A stretch of 52,836 nucleotides of DNA, taken from IMG/VR virus record IMGVR_UViG_3300040770_000629, positions 1 through 52,836 of that record; one strand, 5' to 3'. Numbering within the stretch: position 1 is the first letter of the stretch; each line of letters begins with the position of its first letter. The stretch comes from a virus (Duplodnaviria; Caudoviricetes). This document shows positions 9,846-17,969 of the stretch, piece by piece. The notes under the pieces were generated by a model. That model ran no database searches, was not told the DNA's origin, and saw nothing but the letters and a program-made list of their open reading frames with translations. A program made the translations under genes and the position numbers.

Positions 9846-11939
9846 ATGCAAGCAACTATCATTAATGCTGCGCCTATGGCTAACCTGCTCGGTACGCAGG
9901 ATCTCAGCACAAGGCAACTTCAACGAGTCGCAGAAGCAACTCCACAGCATTGCCCCAAGATCTATCTTTACGCCCAAAAAGGCCCACTGAAAGCACAACT
10001 GGCTGTCGGTGATTCTCGCGTTTCTTTGTACGGTGCCGACACCTTTGATCTGCGCAAGAAGTTTGCTAACCACGCAACCCTCTTGTCGAACCTGGTCAAC
10101 GCTGAAGGCAACGCAGCAATGTACGAGCGAATCAAACCGACTGATGCTGGTCCTGAGTCGAACTTGTTACTGTCTTTGGATGTGCTGCCAACAAACGTTG
10201 TTCAGTACCAAAGAAACACAGACGGTAGTTTCAGAACTGACATCGAAGGTGACAAGATTCCTGTGACGGGTCAAGCTGGTATTGCCCCTGGTTACACTGT
10301 CAAATGGGTAGTGACTTCTTTGGGCACTAACGTAGCTGCTGAGAACTTCGGTAAAGCTACCATTACTCCTGGTGATCAAACCGACACCGTGAGTTTGCTG
10401 CAGTCACAGCGTTACCCCATTTTCCAATTCAAAGCAGCTAGCTTTGGAAGCTATGGTAACAACGGTGGTATCCGTCTGTGGGCACCTACCGTCAAAGACG
10501 ATGGGTCAGTCAAGGCTAACGTGATTGCAAAAGAGAAAGCTTATCCTTTCCGCATTGCTGTCATCCGTCGCCCTGATGAAAAAGCAACACCAGTCATCGT
10601 TCCTACTCAGTTCTCTGAGCAGTTCATCACTGTTGTGGCTAAGCCTGGCGTTATCGATCCTGATACTGAAAAGAATATTTTCATCGGCAATACATTCTTG
10701 GACAGCTATCAGAATGTTAGCGACCCAGCGTTCCCAGCAGTCTTTGGTGACTTCGGCACGATGGCAATCTACGAGAACAATATCAAGACGTTGGTCGATA
10801 TGTTCTACGCAGCTGAGTTCCCATTGGGTTACTCTGAAAACGACTTCACTGGTGAAGCTGATGAGAGCTATCTGTTTAACTTCGTTGGTGGTACGTCTTC
10901 CAACGGTGCTCCTTACAACACGTTCCAGTTTGTGACGGGTGGTACGGGTACAGTTCGTTTGACTGAGTTCTCCAACATCTTCGCTGCTGGTGGTTCTGAC
11001 GGTACGATGAGCAATGAAGCTTTTGCAACTAGCGTGATTGCACGTATGCAAGACTACATTGACGACACCAGCTCAGTGCAAGACATTGCAACGAACGTTG
11101 AATCGATCATCTATGACAGCGGTTTCCCATTGCAAGCTAAGTACGCTTTGTGCAACTTCATCGGCAAGCGTAAAGACACTTTCGTGGTGTTGTCTACTCA
11201 CACTGATGGTCAGCCTGAATTGACTGCTTCTGAAGAAAACTCTTTGGCTATCGCTCTTCGCACTCGTGCGATGATGTACCCAGAGTCGGACTACTTTGGA
11301 ACGCCTGTTGCTCGTGCAATGATCATTGGTCGTAGCGGTAAACTGCGTAACTCTCAGTATCCACGTAAAGTCTCAGCTGTGATGGAAATCGCTATCAAAG
11401 CTGCACGTTACATGGGCGCTGGCGATGGTCGTTGGAAGTCTGGCTTCAACTTCGACGGTGCTCCTGGTTCCATCTTGGACTTCTTGACAGACTTGAACGT
11501 CACGTTCACTTCTGCAGCTGCTCGTAACAAGGATTGGGATGTGGGTCTGAACTATGTTCAAGCCTATGATCGTCGTAGCTTCTTCTTCCCAGCGTTGAAG
11601 ACTGTCTACTCGAACGACACCTCGATCCTGAACAGCTTCTTTACTGCAATGGCTATCTGCCAGATCAATAAAGTCACTGTGGCAGCTTGGAGAGAATTCA
11701 GTGGTCAAGCTTACTTGACGAATGCTCAGTTGGCTGAACGCATCAACACGTTCATCTCTAACAAGCTTGAAAACAAGTTTGATGGTCGTTATGTGATCCA
11801 GCCAGCAGCGTTCTTCACTGACGCTGACCTGCAGCGCGGCTACAGCATCACGGTGCCAGTCAAGCTGTTTGGACCAAGCATGTTCACTGTCATGACCACC
11901 AACGTGCAGGCTTTCCGGATCTCTGATCTCGGGGCGTAA
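9846..11939 (+). CDS. contractile tail sheath protein (phiKZ gp29-like)
   Basis: 697 aa; YDSGF, YPESDYFGTPVARA and C-terminal sheath-like domain; strongly biased codons; followed by the tube gene. Confidence 0.9.
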   Translation: MQATIINAAPMANLLGTQDLSTRQLQRVAEATPQHCPKIYLYAQKGPLKAQLAVGDSRVSLYGADTFDLRKKFANHATLLSNLVNAEGNAAMYERIKPTDAGPESNLLLSLDVLPTNVVQYQRNTDGSFRTDIEGDKIPVTGQAGIAPGYTVKWVVTSLGTNVAAENFGKATITPGDQTDTVSLLQSQRYPIFQFKAASFGSYGNNGGIRLWAPTVKDDGSVKANVIAKEKAYPFRIAVIRRPDEKATPVIVPTQFSEQFITVVAKPGVIDPDTEKNIFIGNTFLDSYQNVSDPAFPAVFGDFGTMAIYENNIKTLVDMFYAAEFPLGYSENDFTGEADESYLFNFVGGTSSNGAPYNTFQFVTGGTGTVRLTEFSNIFAAGGSDGTMSNEAFATSVIARMQDYIDDTSSVQDIATNVESIIYDSGFPLQAKYALCNFIGKRKDTFVVLSTHTDGQPELTASEENSLAIALRTRAMMYPESDYFGTPVARAMIIGRSGKLRNSQYPRKVSAVMEIAIKAARYMGAGDGRWKSGFNFDGAPGSILDFLTDLNVTFTSAAARNKDWDVGLNYVQAYDRRSFFFPALKTVYSNDTSILNSFFTAMAICQINKVTVAAWREFSGQAYLTNAQLAERINTFISNKLENKFDGRYVIQPAAFFTDADLQRGYSITVPVKLFGPSMFTVMTTNVQAFRISDLGA

Positions 11940-11947
11940 AAATGAGA

Positions 11948-11986
11948 GCATAAAGAGTGAAGAGATGTCAAGTCTCTTCACTCTTT
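11948..11986 (+). terminator. stem-loop between sheath and tube
   Basis: GCAT-AAAGAGTGAAGAGA ... TCTCTTCACTCTTT, 14-bp arms. Confidence 0.65.
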
Positions 11987-12027
11987 GAAAACAGCTAGAT
12001 TACTAATTCTCCAAGGAGTGTCCTTTT

Positions 12028-12897
12028 ATGTCCCGTACTACCGATACTTTGCTTCAAGGCAAAGCTTTCTCGCTTGGTGCAACGCAACCTATGCTCGATC
12101 TCGCTAAAGGTGGTCAGTTTGGTTTTGCACCTGAGCCAGGTCAGTTCATCAGCAATGCAAATTACCTCAAACGTAATCTGTTTTGCTTGTTGCTCGAACC
12201 ACCAGCATTTTTCAACAGAATGCCAAATCCAGAAAAATGGATTCAGACCCTGAAGGCATTGGTTGAACTGCATCCACGTACCATCGAAGGCCTGAACGCA
12301 GGTTTGACCGTCGATACCGCTGACACTCCAGTCGGTGGTGGTGGTGAAGTGCAAGAAGAGTTCACTAACGTGACTCGTCAGCGCTCACAGCCTGTGTTCA
12401 CGTTTGATGAAAAATATGGCCGTCCTATTCAGTCTTTCTTGCAAGACTGGATTACTTACGGAATGATGGACCCAGATACCAAAGTAGCAAACGTCGGCAC
12501 CTTGGGTGCTAACAGCCCTACTGACATGCTGCCTGACCAGTACACGGCGACCATGATCTTCATTGAGCCTGATCCAACACACCGCAAGGTTGTGAAGTCA
12601 TGGTTGTCAACGAACATGTTCCCTAAACTGACGGGTGACATTTCTGGTAAACGTGATTTGACCGCAGCTTTCGAATTGCTGTCATTGAGCATTGAGTTCA
12701 CGGCTATCAGTCAGTTCAACCTGGGTGGAAACATCTTGGCTCAGAACCTGCTCGATAACATCAACATTGCTAACGCTAACCCATACTTGCGTCCTGCGTT
12801 TGCTCAAGGTCCTACCGCTGACGTGGTGGCTGACGGCAGAACTGGCTACAAGCCTGGTGCTGAAGATTTGGGCGCTAGCGCTCTTGTCAGAAGATAA
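12028..12897 (+). CDS. tail tube protein (phiKZ gp30-like)
   Basis: 289 aa, AAGGAG RBS, immediately after sheath; EKYGRPI, MMDPDTK and FIEPDPT motifs recalled from phiKZ-type tubes. Confidence 0.87.
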   Translation: MSRTTDTLLQGKAFSLGATQPMLDLAKGGQFGFAPEPGQFISNANYLKRNLFCLLLEPPAFFNRMPNPEKWIQTLKALVELHPRTIEGLNAGLTVDTADTPVGGGGEVQEEFTNVTRQRSQPVFTFDEKYGRPIQSFLQDWITYGMMDPDTKVANVGTLGANSPTDMLPDQYTATMIFIEPDPTHRKVVKSWLSTNMFPKLTGDISGKRDLTAAFELLSLSIEFTAISQFNLGGNILAQNLLDNINIANANPYLRPAFAQGPTADVVADGRTGYKPGAEDLGASALVRR

Positions 12898-12909
12898 AAA
12901 AAAATAATG

Positions 12910-12957
12910 GCATAACTAGTACTCCACGGTTTGATCCGTGGAGTACTAGCATTATGT
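12910..12957. terminator. stem-loop at convergent junction
   Basis: GCATAA-CTAGTACTCCACGG ... CCGTGGAGTACTAG-CA-TTATGT, 14-bp perfect stem. Confidence 0.75.
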
Positions 12958-12972
12958 TTGTTTTTTTATTTC

Positions 12973-13509
12973 TTAGTCCAGTTTGGCGGCAATGACTTCG
13001 AGATGCATTCTCGTAAATTTCTTGTTATTCTCGACTGTAAAGAATAAGTCTCCGTTGTCATCATCGCAGTAGAAGTTGTAATCTTGGCGGGACAGTACCA
13101 TCATGTCTGACAATAATTTCAAAACGACGGGTTTGTATTTCTCAGAAATACTGACTTTGCATTGCTCTACAAGTTTGTTGTAGCCAAGCATGGATGCAGG
13201 TTTAAAGATTGCGCGTGTGTAAGACTGCCACTGTTCACACGAAAAGAGGTTGATCTTGACAGCGTAGCTTTCGCTATCATCTGTAAAGAACAAATATTGT
13301 TCGCTGTATCCGTTTGAATTGTTGATCGAACGACCAGAAGATTGAAGACCTTCATGACGAATTAGATCTTTGATCATGTCGTGAAATGTCGCGACACGAC
13401 TGAACATGTTTGCATTGGCAATCGGTTTGGGTTTCTCTAAGAAGTCTGAAACACTCTTAGGACAAGCTCTTTGAATAAGAGCGATTTCTTCCGTCTTTTC
13501 GGTGATCAT
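12973..13509 (-). CDS. hypothetical protein (accessory)
   Basis: ORF with probable ATG at 13509 (MITEK); the longer TTG start overlaps a hairpin. Confidence 0.65.
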   Translation of the reverse strand: MITEKTEEIALIQRACPKSVSDFLEKPKPIANANMFSRVATFHDMIKDLIRHEGLQSSGRSINNSNGYSEQYLFFTDDSESYAVKINLFSCEQWQSYTRAIFKPASMLGYNKLVEQCKVSISEKYKPVVLKLLSDMMVLSRQDYNFYCDDDNGDLFFTVENNKKFTRMHLEVIAAKLD

Positions 13510-13556
13510 TATTAGGTCGTTTCGTAATTTGAAATACAAAAAATTTTTAAGGCAAG

Positions 13557-13601
13557 TATAGACAACCAACAAAGCTGTTCATAGCTTGTTGGTTGTCTAT
13601 A
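13557..13601 (-). terminator. intergenic stem-loop
   Basis: perfect 16-bp arms TATAGACAACCAACAA / TTGTTGGTTGTCTATA after the stop of 13619..14095. Confidence 0.7.
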
Positions 13602-13618
13602 TAATTTTCTTTATTTTC

Positions 13619-14095
13619 TTATTTGCTCAATGCAGCAAACGCCAAATCGCAAACTTCATTGCGAGCAGCTTTGAGTGAAGCATTGTTACGACCGGCACGC
13701 ACATCCAGTTTTGCAGACACGTAGCCGTAATGGGTGATCTCTTTGGTAGCATCACCTGGTGGGTGGGTCACGAACTTGCGGTCCATCGTCAGGGAGACTT
13801 TGTCATGCGAAGCCATTGGGATGACTGCTGTCAGACGTTCTGCGGCTTTGTTGCCTTTGAGGGCCTCAGCGCCGACTTTACCGAAAGCGAGCAGAGCTGC
13901 AGGGACGAACACAGCATTGTGCTCAGAGACATCCTCAGCCATCTTGATGGTGATGTGCTCAGGCAGAGTCTTCTCGTAAATCGTGCCTTCGTCTTTCAGG
14001 TCGACTTTGCCTTCCTTCTTGTTGACGGACATGTGACCTTGGATGGTCTCAGCCATTGCTGCGACTTCGGGCTTGACTTTGGATTCTGTTGTCAT
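13619..14095 (-). CDS. hypothetical protein, probably highly expressed
   Basis: 158 aa, AAGGAAG RBS, biased codons, own downstream hairpin. Confidence 0.8.
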   Translation of the reverse strand: MTTESKVKPEVAAMAETIQGHMSVNKKEGKVDLKDEGTIYEKTLPEHITIKMAEDVSEHNAVFVPAALLAFGKVGAEALKGNKAAERLTAVIPMASHDKVSLTMDRKFVTHPPGDATKEITHYGYVSAKLDVRAGRNNASLKAARNEVCDLAFAALSK

Positions 14096-14191
14096 GAAAA
14101 TACTTCCTTTGAGTTGATAAAAAATTAGTGGTTCGAAATTAATTCTTACGAGTTGACCACTGGCAACTGGTAAGCAATGGGGAAAAACTGG

Positions 14192-14569
14192 TTAACGCAT
14201 GAACTCTTGTCGAGCCGACTCAGATACTAGCTTCCAGGGTGATCCTGCTTTAAAGCCGCCTTGTGAAATAACCCGACCGACAGGACTGTCAATTGGTTTC
14301 ACTTCGATCTTAGCTTTCTTCAAGATGTGTTTACTGATCAAGGTGACTTGAAATGATCTCTCACTGCGAGGGTGTGCTGTATCGACCAAGATCAAAAACT
14401 TGTTACCTTGTTTGACAACAAGTGGTTTTTGAATATCAGCACTGACGATAGTGCTTGTGTCAGCAATACATTCCTCAGAGTTTGATTTGATAGTTGTACC
14501 CTGACCTTTGATAGTCACGAGTAGATCCAGATCGTATTCCACACCAGCGTGTTTAAGAATTTTTGTCAT
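14192..14569 (-). CDS. hypothetical protein
   Basis: ATG at 14569 (MTKILKH) preceded by AAAGGAG. Confidence 0.7.
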   Translation of the reverse strand: MTKILKHAGVEYDLDLLVTIKGQGTTIKSNSEECIADTSTIVSADIQKPLVVKQGNKFLILVDTAHPRSERSFQVTLISKHILKKAKIEVKPIDSPVGRVISQGGFKAGSPWKLVSESARQEFMR

Positions 14570-14708
14570 TAAATTACTTTCTCCTTTTTCATAATCTAGC
14601 ACCTTGCAGTAAAAAATACACAGTGATTAGTAGACAAAGCTAGCTAATTACAGTAAGATTATATATGTTCGAAATATTTTACAATACACCTTGGGTTGTA
14701 ATTGAGAC

Positions 14709-14776
14709 GGCATAAACCCCCACAACAGGTCTAAAGCTTCGTAGGAGGCTTTAAACTTGGTGTAGGAGTAGTATGG
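14709..14776. terminator. imperfect stem-loop downstream of the protease gene
   Basis: GGCATAA ... AAAGCTTC-GTAG-GAGGCTTT ... TATGG; outer stem imperfect. Confidence 0.45.
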
Positions 14777-14780
14777 CAGC

Positions 14781-15533
14781 TTACCAGTTGCTAAACGGCG
14801 GCTTGACGCCTTTGGGAACTTCCCAGCCTAACGAGGTAAACAAATCTTCTGCACTCATTGAACCACTCTCAGCACCTACTAAAGTAGGTTTAGTGGACAT
14901 GACTCGCTCGATCTGTGTTCTGGTCACGACGCTATCAGAATGACTCTCCAGTGATGGAGCTTCAAACTTGTTGGCAATCGAGATACCAGGCTCAACAACA
15001 TAATCAAAAGTGATCACATTTTTGAGTTGACGAACATAGATACCTTTGTCGTAGTAGTCTCTGGTGAAAGACCGGATAGAAAAGCAAACGTTTTCATCCT
15101 TGTTCTTCAAAGATCTTTCGAGTGAAGGACCATGAGGACCAGAAGGAATCAACTTTGCCATGATTGCGATCACAGGCTTTCCAGATGCATCTTTCATTCG
15201 GTTGAAATCTAAAAAGATCTCTTTGAAGTGAACACACACATTGGTTGGCTCGATTTCCATCACACGTGCAAGGTAGCCATCAAAGCTTTGTCCAGGCAAC
15301 TGCTTAGGATGGCCTACTTCGCCCCTTAGAGCGCCGCGTTTGATTCTCCGCATGAACTGGCTAGACTCTTCGAAAAGAGACTTAGCGCCTTCGTATTCAT
15401 ACCACTGGCCTGCACTGTTGAACATGTTCAGTCCACCCACCACCATGGTGTAGTAACCGTCTTTGTCCACAGGCAAATGACCAACTTTGTTTGTTCCTGC
15501 TAAAGCAGTGCAAGTAAAGCGGACGCTTGACAT
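14781..15533 (-). CDS. prohead protease (phiKZ gp175-like)
   Basis: GEVGHP (catalytic His), FSIRS (catalytic Ser), ITFDYVVEPG (Asp), as in T4 gp21-type proteases. Confidence 0.9.
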   Translation of the reverse strand: MSSVRFTCTALAGTNKVGHLPVDKDGYYTMVVGGLNMFNSAGQWYEYEGAKSLFEESSQFMRRIKRGALRGEVGHPKQLPGQSFDGYLARVMEIEPTNVCVHFKEIFLDFNRMKDASGKPVIAIMAKLIPSGPHGPSLERSLKNKDENVCFSIRSFTRDYYDKGIYVRQLKNVITFDYVVEPGISIANKFEAPSLESHSDSVVTRTQIERVMSTKPTLVGAESGSMSAEDLFTSLGWEVPKGVKPPFSNW

Positions 15534-15557
15534 GTAAGATCCTTTAAATTTTTTTGT

Positions 15558-16286
15558 TTAACGTCGAAGAATAGACTCGATCCGCTCTACCCGAGTACTC
15601 GGACTGACAAGTGCGCTGGTCAGACCTTCTTGCCAGTAGCTACCAGCGAGTTTGTTAGTCGTGTTAGTAGCACCATAGGTCACACTCTCCAATGGAATAA
15701 AAGAAGGTGTCTTATCAACATCTTCTTCAGTTTTGTTGATAGTGGTTCTGTAGTACTTGACTTTATCACTTGCATCACGTGTGATGATCGAGACAATCAG
15801 CTCAGTAACTTCAGGGTCTTGTCCAATGTTAGCACCGGCGTGATAGTAAGCAGAGTCAAACAACTTACCCGTGTCTATGTAGTTCAGATACCACGGAATC
15901 TTACCTTTGGAGATGAATTCGTTGTAGATCTTGTAAACAAGCACATCGTTTTTCACCAGGTTCACAGAACTAAAGACTGTGGAGCCTTCAGCAAACGTGA
16001 ACTCAAAGTAATCTTCGTTGTTGATCTTGACTTTCAACACACTGCTCGGTTCAATCCTGATCATGGCATTGACAAGCGAGATACCGTAATACTTGTCTTC
16101 AACAACAATAGCGTAAATACCTACGATGTAAGTATCTGCGCCAACTTGTTCGTAGAGTCCTTGATCCTCAAAGCGTGCAGGAACATAAATCTTGCACGGC
16201 TTCAAAGCAATGAGTCTAGAGTCAGGTAACTCTTGAAGACAAGCATGAACTTTCTTAGCATCTCGAATGAGGTTCTTAGGGTTCAT
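15558..16286 (-). CDS. probable virion RNA polymerase beta' C-terminal subunit (phiKZ gp176-like)
   Basis: C-terminal PLESVTYGATNTTNKLAGSYWQEGLTSAL resembles beta' region H; lies in the vRNAP operon. Confidence 0.6.
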   Translation of the reverse strand: MNPKNLIRDAKKVHACLQELPDSRLIALKPCKIYVPARFEDQGLYEQVGADTYIVGIYAIVVEDKYYGISLVNAMIRIEPSSVLKVKINNEDYFEFTFAEGSTVFSSVNLVKNDVLVYKIYNEFISKGKIPWYLNYIDTGKLFDSAYYHAGANIGQDPEVTELIVSIITRDASDKVKYYRTTINKTEEDVDKTPSFIPLESVTYGATNTTNKLAGSYWQEGLTSALVSPSTRVERIESILRR

Positions 16287-16298
16287 GCTTGTATCCTA

Positions 16299-17753
16299 TT
16301 ACATTGTCATTTTCAACTGGTCACTCACGTAATCAGTGACATACTCAATGGCAGCAATTGCAGCAGCGTCACGAACACTCATGTTGGGGTTAGAGTGCAT
16401 GGCATCGTTGATGCTTTGCAGGATTTTCTCAGCACTGGTGTAGAAGTAACGGCTTCTGCAAACGAGCTTTAAGCAAGTTGCATTGATGTCTTTCATGTCA
16501 CCAGTTCTGATCAAAGCCAACTCGTCCAAGAAGTACAGATTGATCTGAGAGAACATCTCAGGCTTTTCTTCCTTCAGTGCAGCTTCTTCTGCAGACATGT
16601 TAGCCATGCCAGCATCAAAGGCCAATTTCAAAGCTTGTTTAAAGGTATTGAAACTGTCGTTGCGTTGAGCCGTCACGCTGTACTGCTCGTAGGTGCTCCA
16701 ACTTTGCTTGAACTTCTCAGCTTGCTCATTGATCAGGTTCGTGCCAAACAAACTTTGGTTGCTCACAAGCATACCCAAAATCACTTCGTTCGTACCACCC
16801 GTTTTCAGCCACTCACGATAGACAACACCATTGACGTTGACGCTCTTGCGACTTGGGTCAGTTGACAAGATCAAAGTACCGTTTTTCAAAGATGAATTGT
16901 AACGTGTGTATTCACGGAACAAGATAACACCAGCGTAGTCACGGATTTGAGCAACTCTGTTTTTGTAGTCAGACAGCGACAGACCTGTGCTTTCAGGGAC
17001 TTCTTCAAACAGTTTACGTGCAGCCAGATAAGTCAGCAGTGCAGCGTGTACACCTGTTTTCTTATCGAGAAGCAATTCACCGATGCTTTTAACAGCAGGT
17101 GGTGCACTGACTTTAAAGTTCCTGAACACATTGCCCCAAACACAAGCAATCAGATCGCTGCTCAGTCCTGCAAACCACAAACCGATGTCTGCGTCTTGTT
17201 GGGTAGAGCCCGTCTGAATCAGAGCAAGCATTTGTTCACTTGACATCTCACCCAGGTTCAAATCAAACTCAGGATTAAACAGAGTCTTTTCTGCGTAGGA
17301 GCTGACAGCATCTTCAAAGCCACTGTTTTGCATTGGCAAAGGAAGGTCAACAATGTTGATATTGAACTCTGCTGATGCAGCTCTGGTCAACGTCATTGAT
17401 TTCTGAACGTTCTCAACCATCTCCAACACGGCAGGTTTGACCACATTCTTAGCGTAGCTAATGTGCGAGGTCACTGCCTTGCTGATTTCGTTGACGTACT
17501 CATCCATAGCACGGCTGTGAGTTGAGATCACACCATCGGTGCCTTTGGTGAAAATGCTCAAAGACGAACTATGGTCTGTCAACTGTTCACCAACAGGATG
17601 GTTACTTTCTGCAACAGTAATAGAAACAGAATTGTTAGTGATGTTGACCAAGTCAGCAACAGGTGTTCCAGGAACAGGAACAACCATCATTTTTTTGCTT
17701 TCAGCAACCATGGTTAAACCAATGACCGAAGAAGCTGTTTCGATGTTAATCAT
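16299..17753 (-). CDS. virion (head) structural protein (phiKZ gp177-like)
   Basis: 484-aa ORF between the beta subunit and protease genes; synteny. Confidence 0.6.
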   Translation of the reverse strand: MINIETASSVIGLTMVAESKKMMVVPVPGTPVADLVNITNNSVSITVAESNHPVGEQLTDHSSSLSIFTKGTDGVISTHSRAMDEYVNEISKAVTSHISYAKNVVKPAVLEMVENVQKSMTLTRAASAEFNINIVDLPLPMQNSGFEDAVSSYAEKTLFNPEFDLNLGEMSSEQMLALIQTGSTQQDADIGLWFAGLSSDLIACVWGNVFRNFKVSAPPAVKSIGELLLDKKTGVHAALLTYLAARKLFEEVPESTGLSLSDYKNRVAQIRDYAGVILFREYTRYNSSLKNGTLILSTDPSRKSVNVNGVVYREWLKTGGTNEVILGMLVSNQSLFGTNLINEQAEKFKQSWSTYEQYSVTAQRNDSFNTFKQALKLAFDAGMANMSAEEAALKEEKPEMFSQINLYFLDELALIRTGDMKDINATCLKLVCRSRYFYTSAEKILQSINDAMHSNPNMSVRDAAAIAAIEYVTDYVSDQLKMTM

Positions 17754-17780
17754 TTTAGTAGATCTTTCTAGATGGTCAGT

Positions 17781-17966
17781 TTAATTAATGTTCAAGTTCT
17801 TTTGGAACCGAGCATTAATGATGTTGGTCAACATGCCTTTACCAATTGGCGTGCCGTTGATGCTATCGGAGACATCGTTACCAATGACTGCCAAAATGAC
17901 CGAAGTCGTCAACTCAGTGGCGTTAGCCAAAGCGGTCTGAGTAACCTTAGCGGTATCTAAAGACAT
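17781..17966 (-). CDS. small hypothetical protein
   Basis: 61 aa, starts 3 nt after the beta stop, AAGGAA RBS inside the beta 3' end; fills the operon gap. Confidence 0.6.
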   Translation of the reverse strand: MSLDTAKVTQTALANATELTTSVILAVIGNDVSDSINGTPIGKGMLTNIINARFQKNLNIN

Positions 17967-17969
17967 AAA

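Noticed and set aside
10009-12701. Long antisense and alternate-frame ORFs over sheath and tube (e.g. 10506..11051, 11373..11981)
   Set aside because: Shadow ORFs expected from strong codon bias; no RBS or protein-like motifs seen
15630-16229. 199-aa plus-strand ORF
   Set aside because: Lies wholly antisense to the probable beta'-C gene; shadow frame
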